From Macrostomum lignano (taxonomy: Eukaryota), in assembly GCA_002269645.1 (NCBI GenBank), contig NIVC01000773.1, positions 248,001 to 312,000 on the forward strand: a DNA stretch of 64,000 bases, written 5' to 3'. The notes under the pieces were generated by a model, which saw only the letters and a list, made by a program, of their open reading frames with translations, ran no database searches and had not been told where the DNA came from. The position numbers and the translations under genes were made by a program. Positions 37,569 to 49,745 of this stretch are shown one piece after another; within the stretch, counting starts at the first letter, position 1; the number at the start of each line of letters is the position of its first letter.

Positions 37569-39773
37569 CTGCGGGTTGATGGACAGAAAAGTAAGAGCTA
37601 GCATATCCATGTTTTTACCAGTTTTACATGGCTAATATTAATAATATATGATATGATATGATATAAAGCTTATACACATCATAGCAGGTGTCATGAACTC
37701 ATAATTGATTATCATAGTTCTTTAACTTCTTCCCATTGTTTTCTTTTTATAATTTAGTAGAATAACAGACTTTATAGAAAATTATCTATGTAGTTGAGCA
37801 TTTTGAAAACTACCAGTGCCCTCTAGTATATTATTAGAAGTTTAATTTGAATATTTCATATTCAATATGATGAATAAAATTAAAAACAAGAAAAGTAAGA
37901 CATATCCAATAAATTTTCTGGCATTATATAAGATCAATTCATGTCCAATAATAAAACAGATTTTAAATCTATTTTAAAAGTTTTCATTCTTTTTTCTGAT
38001 AAATAGAATATTTGATTGATATCATTTTTTATCATTTTTTACTTGGGATATAGTCAATACAAATATAAAAATATTAGTTAGCATATTAAAACATACAATT
38101 AATAAACCTGTTTTATACTGTTTATCTGTCTGTAATTGATTTTTTGAGAACCATTTGACCAATTTCTTTTAAGTTAGATTTTTATTAATCATAATTAAAT
38201 AACTTTTAATAATTATTAAAATTAAATAAACAAAATATTAAAATAATTGGAAGTAGGTTAAATTAAAAAAAAATGATATCTTCAATGAGCACTCTGTTTG
38301 AATTCAGAATTTGAATGCCCCCATGCAGGGTGCTAATAATAACTATTAATATGTTATTCTATAGGGTTATATGTATAACAAAGACACTTTAAATATCTCA
38401 CAAGGTTTCTGGGGAGATAAATTATACATTTAATTTTCAAGACCTTTTCTAGATTATGTATTACTGTAAGATTCAAAATTCAAATGTATACCATTTAAAC
38501 TACTTTTTTGCATTTTTGAAATGAAGAAGTTTGATTAATTTGTATCCCTTATATAAATATAGAAGCATAGTAGTTTACACATTTTAATTTTGAAAATTGA
38601 TAAATCTTAATTTTTTAAAGAGAAAAAACATCAGAATGAACCAAAACACTAAATGCTATCAAACAATGGAATTCCCCTCCCAAATGTCATTTAGCTATTG
38701 GCCTTTTTGTAGACAAAAAAACCATAAACAAAAATTTGTGTGCATAAGAGTAATTATAACTTCCTTTATATAATTATAAAGAAATAAAACTAATTCATTC
38801 AATAAAATATCTATATTGTTCTTTTGTTAGTTTCAATGCAAAGGCTAAAAAAATGGCTAATAACAAAAAATTAGAATTTAACTATACAATTATATCACAG
38901 TATATATGATTCAATTCTATCTACAATACTAATCTGAACACTAGCCACATTGATCATACCAAACTATATACCAATGTATGCCAATCCCTCTATGGTAATG
39001 CAAAGGGGTAATAATTAAATTTAGCATGGTATAGGCTATAACCTTTTAGATGACTATCACCTTATCCTTCAAGGTCCTAGTATAGATGATATACAATGTA
39101 TGCTAGATCTAGATTAAAAGTATATATATATATATTATTTTCTAATGCATATGGCGAAATCCAAAAATGTGGGATAAAGTGGTAAAACAAATCTTGATAT
39201 TTTTATCATAACAAATCTTGATATATTGCATAGTAATATTGATATTTTTATGCATTTTTATTATAAATGACCCCTTTCAAACTGACATACAAATTTTGGC
39301 ATCCAAATTCATGAACTTTTTGGCATACAAATCTTGGCATATAAATTCATGTTAATTTTTAGTGTATAGATTTTGGTGAATAAATTCATGAATACATGAA
39401 AATTGTAATAAAACTTAGTTTTTACATAAAAAAGAAAAATTCAGACTAGAAATTCTATCATGAACTTTCTGTTTATTTAAAATTAACAGTAAAAAAATTA
39501 CTGCAGAAACAAAATTTGCATCATTATTTTTATAGGTATAATTAAAGTTTGTTTAAAAAAATAATTGTAATATTTTAAATAGTCTTTTTGTACAAAAATT
39601 TTTCTGAGGAAACTCATGAAAACTGAATGACCTTTTAGGAGACATTTTTGGTATAATTTTTTTTGTTATGACATACATTGGCATATATTAAGCTAAGATA
39701 ATATTCTTGTTCTGGCATATATTACTATATGAAACTAAAAAAATACCTGCACAGTTATAACCAAAATGCTCAC

Positions 39774-39786
39774 CTGCTGGTTTCAT
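39774..39786 (-). CDS. GSK3: Probable first coding micro-exon of GSK-3 (M-K-P-A-G)
   Basis: ATG AAA CCA GCA G|GTGAGC is a strong phase-1 donor matching the phase-1 acceptor at 37568. The total CDS would be 1194 nt. There is no transcript evidence. Confidence 0.45.
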
Positions 39787-41549
39787 TGTAAATGCAGCAG
39801 TCAGTTGAAAGACATCAACCAAAAGAAAAGAATACGTCAAATGATGATTTTTAATCAATTTGCAGGATCCGGGGTCAAATCAGGCAAGATAAGAATCAAG
39901 GGCATTAGATATTATACGCACGTCACCATGACACTAAATAAAAAATATAAAATAGTTTACCTGTTTAAAACTGGCGCGAAAGTTAATAATATCTATAACG
40001 ACATAACTGAACGTAACTAATACAAACCCGGATTTTTTACCTCTGGAGACGGATCTACAAAAGTTTAATGTTCAAATATCTCTTTGCTTTCAACGTAATA
40101 TAGTAGTTATCGTTTGCTTTTTGCTTTTAAATTGAAATGAATAGTATCAAATATGAAATACGAGTATTCACTTTTTTAACTGCGGTTTAACAGCCGCTGC
40201 TTCGCATTAATTTCTTTTACTATAACACAGGATACATTTTCTAGATGTGTCACTCCAGCACTCAATAACGTAATTTTTAACTTGGATCAGTCTTCAATTG
40301 TGACTTGTAAAATCTATGAAACACTCTAGGTCTCAGTTCGAAAACCCCGAGGTTAGGGCAACAGGCTGCTGCTCATGCTAATTGTTAATGCTTGGGAGCA
40401 GAAGAAGCTTCAGCTTATAATGGTCTTGACCAGGGATTCCGCGCTGCGGATGGAGTGTGCACTCATCTAGATATAAAACCTGTGATTTAAATAGACTATG
40501 AAACTCCATGCGGTATACTAATCGAAACAAAGTTGAAAGGGTTTAAAACGAAGAATATTGAAACCTATGTTCATAAGCACAATTATTGACAGCAGGAAAT
40601 AGTTTTGTATATTTTGAAGCCTAAGAAAGTTACAAAATCGCCTCCACAGTAATGCAGCGCTTGCTTAAGCTACCCAGTGCACTTTCAAGATGTGTTGTTG
40701 CATCCTCGGCCCCTCTGTGCAGCTGGGAAGGTGGATTGTCGAGTTCCAGTCTTTCTGGGCCAGTGTTCCAGTAATTTTTTGAAGAACTGATTATCGATGC
40801 TGTCAAAACTACTACAATGATACCATCGCAGAGCAGTGATATATCGTGTGATAGATGCCCAGCCGGTTCCATTAAGTTATAGCGAGAATTCCACCCATTT
40901 CGATGGAAACTGGTACATCATAAACCATAAAGAAGACGCATGCATATTCTTGTCTGAAGGCAGCCATCGGGCTATTTGTTGATTTCTCATTATTTAGTGG
41001 TGTTGATGGGGACGCACTTTTTTTCAAAATTCACGCTCGCACATGGGTTCCAAACTTGATAGCCTACTAACAGCAGGCTATGGGCGTTTTTCTCCTTCTT
41101 TTGTAATTTTTCTTGAATTCATACTAGTAGGACTTCTGTAGCTATATTAATCTGCCATACTTGTAGTTATAATCTGACAGCCACCTGCGCCTCACTCAAT
41201 GCTCAGGCTGGCGCCAGATGGTCTGAGAGGATGCAGGCGGTAGCTTTTTTTCTCATCATTTTGATAGGCCATCAAGATTTATGAGGTCAGGGCCTATTGT
41301 TCATGTTCACTGAAGCGTGTGACAGCTTTGACAGCTATGCGTTTTACCCCTAAAAGTACGTTGGGATTAGCGATTAGCGATTTCTCTTCATTACCTTCAC
41401 TTTCTACTTAATAAGAGCTTTCTAATGTATATTTTTTCATTAATTTTTGTCATTCCTACGCGAAAGGTCATAAATCATTTTGTTGCGATTTTGATTGATT
41501 TATGGCCGCACCTGTCATATTTTTACGACCCCGAGGGAACTGATAGGAT

Positions 41550-41725
41550 CTCCCGGTCACGTGACTTTAGGTGGCAACAAGCTCAGCCTATCAGAAAATT
41601 CGATGCTCATTTTAACAAATCGGCTCAGCCAATCAGAATCGACGTGTTCCATTATAACAAACGGCGGTCCAGTTGGCGGCTATTTAAACCGGTGTTTTTG
41701 GCCCGCTCGGACTAACTTGGCAACC
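41550..41725. promoter_or_regulatory. Probable promoter (E-box, CCAAT boxes, TATA-like)
   Basis: GTCACGTGAC at 41556-41565, AGCCAATCAG at 41627-41636 (near copy at 41585), TATTTAAA at 41681-41688. It lies between divergent genes. A 5'UTR intron on plus is plausible (GTAAGT at 42658, AG at 43284). Confidence 0.5.
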
Positions 41726-43319
41726 CTTTCTGGAGACCGGCCAGGAACTTGCTCTCTCCCTGGCCCGACCGTCGTTTCTTGATCCCCGGATTGCGACTCC
41801 CCCCATCATCATCAAGGACGAATTCCCCCGGTCGTCAGCAGCGAACATCAAAGTTGAGAGCATCACCTGCTAGCTAACAGCGAAGATTGTGACAGCATCA
41901 TCCCGGGTCTACAGCTGCGAAGCACTAAGCCGATTCGGTCACTGTGGATTACCTGGTCTCCGGCTGTTGAGTTTCTGATTGGTTGGGTGAGAGGCTATAC
42001 CTAGACTTGCTTGATTGGGTGATTCCCTATCTGTCCCCTGTTTCAGTAGCTGGATTAGGCGCACACTTTTCCTCGTTTTGTACAGTAGTAGTGCTGTTAC
42101 TGAGGCAGAAATCATTCAATAATACTGCTAGTAGTCGGAAGCTCCAATTTAATCTGAGGTGTGAAGTTATTCAAGGAGAAGGTTAAATCTGACAGTTATT
42201 TTTATCGGTTTTGTTTCTTGTTCGCCGATGGCTCAGATGAGTGGCTAAGCTAGTAGGCGCCGGTCACAGTGGACCAATGGGAAGGCGGTTCTCAGTCGAT
42301 CAATCTATCAAGCCAGTGAGAAAAATTGCCAATAGTGCAAAATCGGCGCTAGAGATGTACTCTGTGCACTCTAGGTTCGCCAAGCGGCTCGGGTGATGAA
42401 TCATGCGGTCTCCGATGTTCGAGTTAGTCTATCATCAGCGCTATGAGAGGCTAGTTGGCGCGTTGAAGGCCAAAAGTACAATTCCTCGTATTTAGCAATG
42501 TAATAGTACATGTAGCCACCCCATAGTCTCGCCACTGCAAGAATCCCCTGCGCAAGTCCCCTCTGTACCTGCATGGCCAATGCGATCAAGTCCCAGCAGT
42601 GTCTCTTATCATCGGCTATGACTTCGAGATTGACAGAAAAAAGACACTAGTTGGCAGGTAAGTGCTAAGCCCCCTCTAGTCGGAAGCCCGATTTCGAAAG
42701 TTCCGGTTTGGTGAGCCAGGACACACGGGCTGGTGGCAGCGGGTTAGTTAATCTGCGGATTAGCTGATCTCTACCTTCGAAATTCTCCCTGCTTGTCTCT
42801 CGCTGTCCCTCTCTTAGCTATAGGACCTTAGACTGCTCGCCACACGATCAAACTACCATGGGGCTGACCATCTGACAGGAGTGGTTGGCCAGGACTCTAA
42901 TTGATTTATTTCTGAGACCTGAGGCCCGAAGGCTTCCCCACAAGGGGGCCGAAAGGCCGAAACCCATCAGTGTATTGAAGCATGAGAACTTTCACGACCC
43001 GACTCGATGATTAGCTATTTAAGCCCTCAAAACCGACTATATTGAACCCCTCACTTCATGTGGTTGGTTTATTGAAGATACGAGTAATATTTGACATTTT
43101 TATTGTAACACTGCTCAAAACCTTTGCCTCAATTCATCTTACGAGTACGAGTATTAGCAAAGTAAAACAGCTATAGCAAAATCTTATAGAGACCATAGAT
43201 ATGAATGAAAGTTTGAACACTCTTTTCCCACTAGGCATGTAAGCGTGTACGGCCGAAAGAATAACAGACTCTAGTTTTTAACAGAAATCTTTGTTACGTT
43301 GTCAAGAAACCCGACAAAA

Positions 43320-46300
43320 ATGAGCAAGAAACAAAGCATAGAATCGCCCGGCTTGTTGGAGAAAACCGGTTGTCAGGTGCTTGAAGCAGCAGTCAGCAAA
43401 GATTCTAAACCAACTGGAGGCAGAGAGCGGGTCATCTATTTCTCATTCCTCATCCAGTCGCCTCTCCGCGAGCTATTCACCAATCCCAAGGAGGACAAGC
43501 GAATCCTGAAGATCGAAATCACCTGTCACTGCTTGTTTCGGCTATCTGGCGAGTTCACCAGCGTGCCGCAGTTCCAACTGGTCGAGGCCTATTTAGATGA
43601 CCGATTTGGCAACTTCGAGGGCTGTGTGCACATGCTCGAGGCCGTCTTCAAGGGTGTCGGCTGCAGTTTCATTCTTTACCGTACCATCAACATGAGCGTA
43701 CACCCGAACGGCAGCTGCGACTACAGCTACCACTGCAACAACATTGACCGGAACTTCTACCAAGATGCGCGACCCTCTGACCATCGCGATGGTGCGAACG
43801 AAGTCGAAGAGGCTTCGTCCAGTTGCCTTCAGAGAGCCTTGCTGGCAAAGACTGGCGCACCTGAACAGTTCGATTCGAATTTCAGCAGCTTCTCGGTGAC
43901 AAACTCCACGGTTAGCCGGCTGTTCAAGGAGCTCGAAAGAGACATTCCCAAAGGGTGGAGCGGCGACGCCTCCGTGGCGCCGTCTCGAAAGAGCCTTGAA
44001 GACTTTTTAGGCATGGAACTCGCCGTCCAGCAGCTGGAAGTCATCACCAGCAGTAATTACGAATTCGTCATCGAGGAGATGTTCTTCGAGGCTCTCATTG
44101 GTGAGATGAGGTCTGAGATGTTGCACTGCGTACTTTATCAGATACGCGTCGATTTGGTGGAGGCCGTCGTTCTAGAGAGTGTTAACGGCAGCTGCTTGGT
44201 GAGTCAATCTGCTTCTCAGCTTGTCACCAGCCTCTTGGAGCCAGCGGTTCTGGTTGATCAAACCTGTGCCGACTGTCTCGGTGACAACTGCACAGTGGTG
44301 TACAGCAGCGCAGCCCTCTCTGCACAGGGCTGCGCCAACAACAACAGCACCTGCTGCGACTTCGAATACGACAGTGATGACAACGGTATCGAGCCAGTGC
44401 AAGAGGAGGGCGACAGCATCGCGGACGTCTCAGAGTCGCTGATTGACGAGCGCTGGTCGGAGAGCGGCCGCCAACTCGCGAAGCCGCCGACGGTGCGTCG
44501 CTTTGCGCCAGCAGCAGGCAAGCAGCAGAGCACGATGACGCCTGCGCTTCGATTGGAGCAGATTTTCTACGATTGGTGCGACTTAACAGTCCAGGAGGCC
44601 TGCTTAGAAACGTTTGTTGAGCTGGTCTCCCAGCGCCTGGTGGTTGCTATGTACAAAACCAGCCGATCCAAGTCGCAATTCGAGTGTCGCGTTGTGAAGA
44701 CATTCGCCAGATTTGGCAGAGCCTTCAGCACACTGTCATCGGCTGCCACTGAGCCCGGGCTTGCCGATGTGATCACCGGCTTCTTTGCTTGCGTAGCTGA
44801 CACGTTAAATGACCCGGACGCTCGGGATTGCCTCGGACAGACGTCCGACCTGGTGATGGCCGTGCGGGCTTCCGCAGCTAAAGAGGAAGATGAGGAAAGC
44901 GTCAGCAGAGTCGACGATGGCAGCAGCGGCTGTCGAGGCGGTTGGCAGTGGCTGCGAATTGCACAGAGGGCTTTCCAGCAAGCAATCAGGTAAATCACAA
45001 GTTTTCTGGCAGTCAGTCTTAACCTGGGTAGATTTCCCAGCCCCAAGTTTATCTAGTTTAAAATTGAATGCTCAGTTATCAAAGTTGTGAAGTACTCTTA
45101 CATCTTATAACCCTGTAGAGAAAAGTGTATCTATCGATTGAGTTTCTTGAGATTGCAAGCGGCACCCTTGGACTGTTGCCGACCGCTGCAAATAGCGTTA
45201 AATTCTGAGGACGACCATCGCTTCTGTTTCAGAGACCAGCTCTCCCGCCTGGGGCCCAAGCTGCAGCGCAAAGGGCGTCACCGACGCTCAAACAACTCAA
45301 GCGGCGGTGGCGGCGGCGGCGGCGGCGGGAGTAGCTTCGGGCGCAGACTGGCCGAACTGTTCGACCACTCAAGCAGCGGCGATGCCTCGTCAACCACGGT
45401 TACTACAGGCGACAGTTTTCTGCAGCAGTCGACGCCAGCCGAACGAGAGGAGCAGGAGGCGCCAACCAAAAGGCCGCAGGGTTTGAGCTGCAATCTTCGA
45501 CTCTGCGTTGAGGCGCCCGCTGCAAACAGCCAGGAGCCGGAAGACGCTACGCCATTGTTGAGTTTGACAGACCTTTGTGTGGATTCGAGTTTAGTTGACA
45601 CAGAAAACTGTCGCGATTTGTTATGCGCTGCTGCAGTTTCGGCGGTGGTCCCGGATGGCGGTGCAATCACGGGCGCCTGGATGACTGCAGCGATTTCCCA
45701 GTGTCAGACATACTCCGAGCGGACAGAGCTTCTATCCTGTCTGGCAACAGAGCCGCTCAGAGACGGTCACGCCAGCTGGATGTCCGTCGAGCCAATCGTT
45801 GCAGACGCCGCCGTTGCAGTGGTCTTCAAAGCCGGGCCAATCCACTTTGCCTGCGCGTCCTTCACCTCCGCTGCCAGCTGCACTGCCGCGCTTTCTGTTG
45901 CACTGCCCGACCTGGCGACGAATCTACTTGCAGAGTTCCGCCCAGCGCCACTGGTTGCCAGGGCTGTGAGTCCGAGGGCCTGTGTTCATCGAGCTCGATC
46001 GACGTGGCTGGCGGCGTCTCACTGCTGTCTCCAACTGCTCGACGCCAAATCACAGCTACCAGTACTGTCGCAATCTTTGCCTACCCAGTTTGTGATTTCA
46101 AAGTGTGAAAACTCGACAGGGCTGGCAGCCTGCAACATTCACGGCGGAGTCCGACCTTCCAGCAGTCACTGCTACCCGCTCGGTCTGCCTGACGCGGCTG
46201 AAACCTCGTCGAAACCGTCGGATGCCAGCTGCGGCTGGGGAACGGCTCGCGTTGAACTTGAGCACGCATCGATCGTTCGCCAGTCTGTTCTGGAAGTGCC

Positions 46301-47060
46301 AGCGATCGCTGAGCAGGCTCTGCGGCACCGGATCGGTACAGAGTCAACCCGTGCTGCTGGAAACCAGCTTCGAGCTGTGGTCCGCGGCGAGCCGGCGTGG
46401 AAACAATTCCGGAAAGCCAGGTGCACGCAACGGTGGCCAAATTCCTTTGAACGCGCAACTATCAGCGCCGACGATTGTCCGGCTCCTGGAGGTGGCGGCG
46501 ACTGGCCGGAGAGGACGGTGCGCGAGTGGAGCTGGGCACGGCCGGCCACGGCCCGCCTGAACAGGCCGACTCGGGCCTCGGCGACGGAGTTGCCCGTCGG
46601 CGTGCAGAGCGTTTCAACTTCGTCCAGTCCGCCAATAAGTCTCGTTGAAAGCCTGGCCGACCCCACCATGGTTCCGAGGGACCACTCGGCGATTGAGTCC
46701 TGCATCGTGGCGGGTTCGGACTGCTCAGTGTCCGACTGCAACATTGCCTTCTGCTTGGCAGCCGACTGGTCATTAGAAAAGCGCCAGCTCGAGCTCGTCT
46801 CCAGCAAATCGTCGTCGATCTCGCAGCCGCAGACGGTGCAATTCTGCTGCCGGTTCTCCACAGAGGATTCCGTAGATATGGACTGCTTAATCGCTACTCC
46901 AGTGGGAGATGCGCTGAGCTGTGCAGCCAGTGCGCAGGTGACCATTTTCCAACGGAGCATGAATCTGCCCGAAGAGCAGCTGCTCTCCGCCGGCAGCGGC
47001 TCGCTGCTTCGTCTGGCAGTTCGTCGGAGTCAGAGCTACAACTGCATCTCGACCTATTGA
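43320..47060 (+). CDS. Uncharacterised ~1165-aa protein, two coding exons
   Basis: Exon 43320-44989 (AG|GTAAAT) and exon 45233-47060 (TTCTGTTTCAG|A) join in phase 2, fusing the 564-aa and 640-aa ORFs. The sequence is non-repetitive, and I recognise no domain. Confidence 0.7.
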
Positions 47061-47509
47061 TGAGATCCCCATGACAAGCTGCTTAAATGCCATGCATTTC
47101 GCGTGAAAGCGCTAGCGTATGTAATAATGTTCTGATGCATGCAGATTCAACACTTTGCGATAGCTTTAGCTTTCAAGTAGCAATCTTTACTTTTTAGGGA
47201 CTTTTATTATTGATAAGCTCTTTTCCCGTAGACGCACTTGTTGTGTGCCATATATTCATAATCTTCATCATTTATCCAACATTACTTGAGTATATACTTC
47301 CGCTAAAACTGGATAGGTAGTTAATAATATTAATTGCCTAAAATTTGCACTTAATAATACATGGAGTAGAGTAGGCATGCGAAAGACGTTCGTACCTGTC
47401 ATACTGAAATAATCAGAATAGGTGTGAACGCTTAAATTGATCATTTCCAAAATTATTCAAAGCTATCGCATATCAACCACGTTAAATAGCCGGCAATATG
47501 CAGCCGCAG

Positions 47510-47706
47510 CTGGTCAGTCCAAGGACTTGGGAGGTCGCCACACCCTCAATTGCCCCAGCTAATGCTGGCACCCATTTTACAGCTGGGTGAACTGAAGCAA
47601 TGCAGAGTTAAGTATCTTGTTCAAGGATACAAATTGTTCCGAGTAGGTCGAGACTCGAACCCCCGACCTTTTAGTCATGAGTCCGACGCTCTAACCACTA
47701 GGCTAT
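47510..47706 (-). mobile_element. tRNA-derived CORE-like SINE, copy 4 (3'-truncated)
   Basis: Head and core match copies 1 and 3. The tail is missing. Confidence 0.85.
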
Positions 47707-48606
47707 AACGCTCTTCTGTGGATCAATACATAGCTTATATTTAGCACTTGGAATGGATTTGCGAGTATATCCCACTGGTTCGCTGCGCGTCGCCTTTAAG
47801 GTTGGCGATGCACGAGTCCTCGATGCGTGTCGTTGGTCCGTCCAAGCGACCTGTTGCGGCTGGCAACCTTTAGGAACTTAAGCCACTAATCTCTGGGAGC
47901 TAGACCCAGCGAATAGGGTAGCTATAGGTCGTCCGTCAAATGGTGTTTTACCAGTGCCTTGCGGCATGAAGCTACCTGCATTTGGTAGCAAACTTATGAC
48001 ACAACCCACGTCAGTATTACGAACATGTACATGTAATTCTCTATGCCATCTGAAACAATTTTCTGTGAGACCCGATGTACGCAAAATAGTAAGCAAATTA
48101 ACGGACAAAAATGACCCCTAAAGGAAGTTCTTTAGTCTGTTTTCATCATTGGTGCTATCAAGGACCACTAGGAACACTTCGTTATAGAATATAAGGACGT
48201 AACACTCTCGATTCGTGTAAAAATAGTTGAAGGCCAATTTCCGTTCTCGTATACATTAGTGAGATAGAGGAATTGCATGATTTTCAACATAATGTGCCGT
48301 TTGCAGAAGCCTATAGGGCTATTAATTTCCGAAATTTTGCAGTATGTAACCAGAAACACTTAGCTAAATTGTATTATTTTGTGGTTTAGTCATATTATTA
48401 TAGGTTATTTACCGTTTTTTTACATTACTTATGACTAGGCTAGGCCCATGGATGAATGAATAGAATGGATTGCTATTCTGGCTCTGGCTATTTTCGTTTT
48501 TGACTCTTTTGCATCCGGTTCCCCCCCCCGTGCCTTTTCATTGGTTGATGATTGCCATAGACAGTTTTCGGCCTTCGCCCCTTTCTTTCGATGCACAAGC
48601 GCAAAG

Positions 48607-48821
48607 TTATCGCGGCAATCAGATGTGCTGTTAGTACTGAAGTGTTTGCTGATCTCCGCTGTGAGGCAGCAGTGGACGAGAATCATCGCTACGTACTGAT
48701 GAAAGCAGTCGCTGAGAAATATATGCGAGTCAAGCTGCTACACATTGTCAGGCGTCAGAATCTGTGCAGCCCGTCGATAAGGTCGCAACTGGGAAAGAAA
48801 ATTCTCTTTCTCGGCCAGTAA
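48607..48821 (+). pseudogene. C-terminal fragment of a P-element/THAP9-like transposase
   Basis: NHRYVLMKAVAEKYMRVKLLHIVRRQ...IRSQLGKKILFLGQ* fits my recollection of the H..L.K.I...Y...RL.H....R..L.K.ILF.GQ* terminus of invertebrate P-type transposases. Confidence 0.7.
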
Positions 48822-49300
48822 CAGCTAAAGATTGTCCTGTGCTCCTAACATTGGGCTGTAGTGTTCCGACTCTAATTTCATATGATTTAATCATTCTAAC
48901 AGTCTGTACTCATCGTTACTGGTATCGTATATGTGTGTTGTTTTCCTGTTCCAATTTCACTCAATTTCACCATTCTAACAGTCTGTGTTGTCATGTACGT
49001 TAATAGAATCGTGTACCACAAGTTTTGATGCGTGATGCACACACAAAGGTACTCCCTCGATGATGATGATGGGCGAAATAGAAGTTACTTGTGTTGAAAT
49101 AGAACTTTAAAACCAATTTCATAACTCCAATAGTAAAATTCAGATAAAGCATCGCCAGTAATCCATTATTGTAGCATTGTCATCGCACCCTCATCATCAC
49201 CCTCGACATGAAAATCTGAAATCATTACTGTTGTAATTTGCAGGGGATTTGTTATCATTCCTCTGCTTCAATTAACAACTTCAATTGACAAACAAGTAAC

Positions 49301-49330
49301 CAGAGAATATCGAGCGCTCGATATTCTCTG
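49301..49330. mobile_element. 30-bp perfect palindrome flanked by an 8-bp direct repeat (putative minimal MITE)
   Basis: CAAGTAAC [CAGAGAATATCGAGC GCTCGATATTCTCTG] CAAGTAAC. Confidence 0.7.
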
Positions 49331-49745
49331 CAAGTAACTGACATTCTCAGTTCTTTGCGCTTGTGCATCGAAAGAAAGGGGCGAAGGCCGAAAATTGTCT
49401 ATGGCAATCATCAACCAATGAAAAGGCACGGGGGGGAACCGGATGCAAAAAGAGTCAAAAACGAAAATAGCCAGAGCCAGAATAGCAATCCATTCTATTC
49501 ATTCATCCATGGCTAGGCCTATGACTAAGGATAAATGTTTATCAACCTGGAACCTAGTAATAAATACTTTATAGACCTATAGACCTATGCTATGCGACTT
49601 GATGTGATCGAAACCGGCCAGTTTATTAAGAAATTTTGTAACTTTTTAAACGATCAATATGTTTCCTACGCAAAGTCAGGCATTTGTAGAGTTTCTTATC
49701 CTAGCTGGCATTGTGAAACTGAACTAGTATTTAGCAATAATACGT

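Larger units (their letters stand above)
48447..49511 (+). mobile_element. Internally deleted P-superfamily DNA transposon
   Basis: ~160-bp TIRs (CATGGATG...). 8-bp TSD GCTAGGCC at 48439-48446 and 49512-49519. It contains a transposase C-terminal fragment. Confidence 0.88.

Noticed and set aside
42910-42970. GGCCGAAAGGCCGAAAC, resembling hammerhead ribozyme stem II plus GAAA, within a cluster of three short hairpins
   Set aside because: The required CUGANGA core is absent immediately upstream (it reads CACAAGG) on either strand, and no Penelope-like element is nearby. An Infernal search would settle it.
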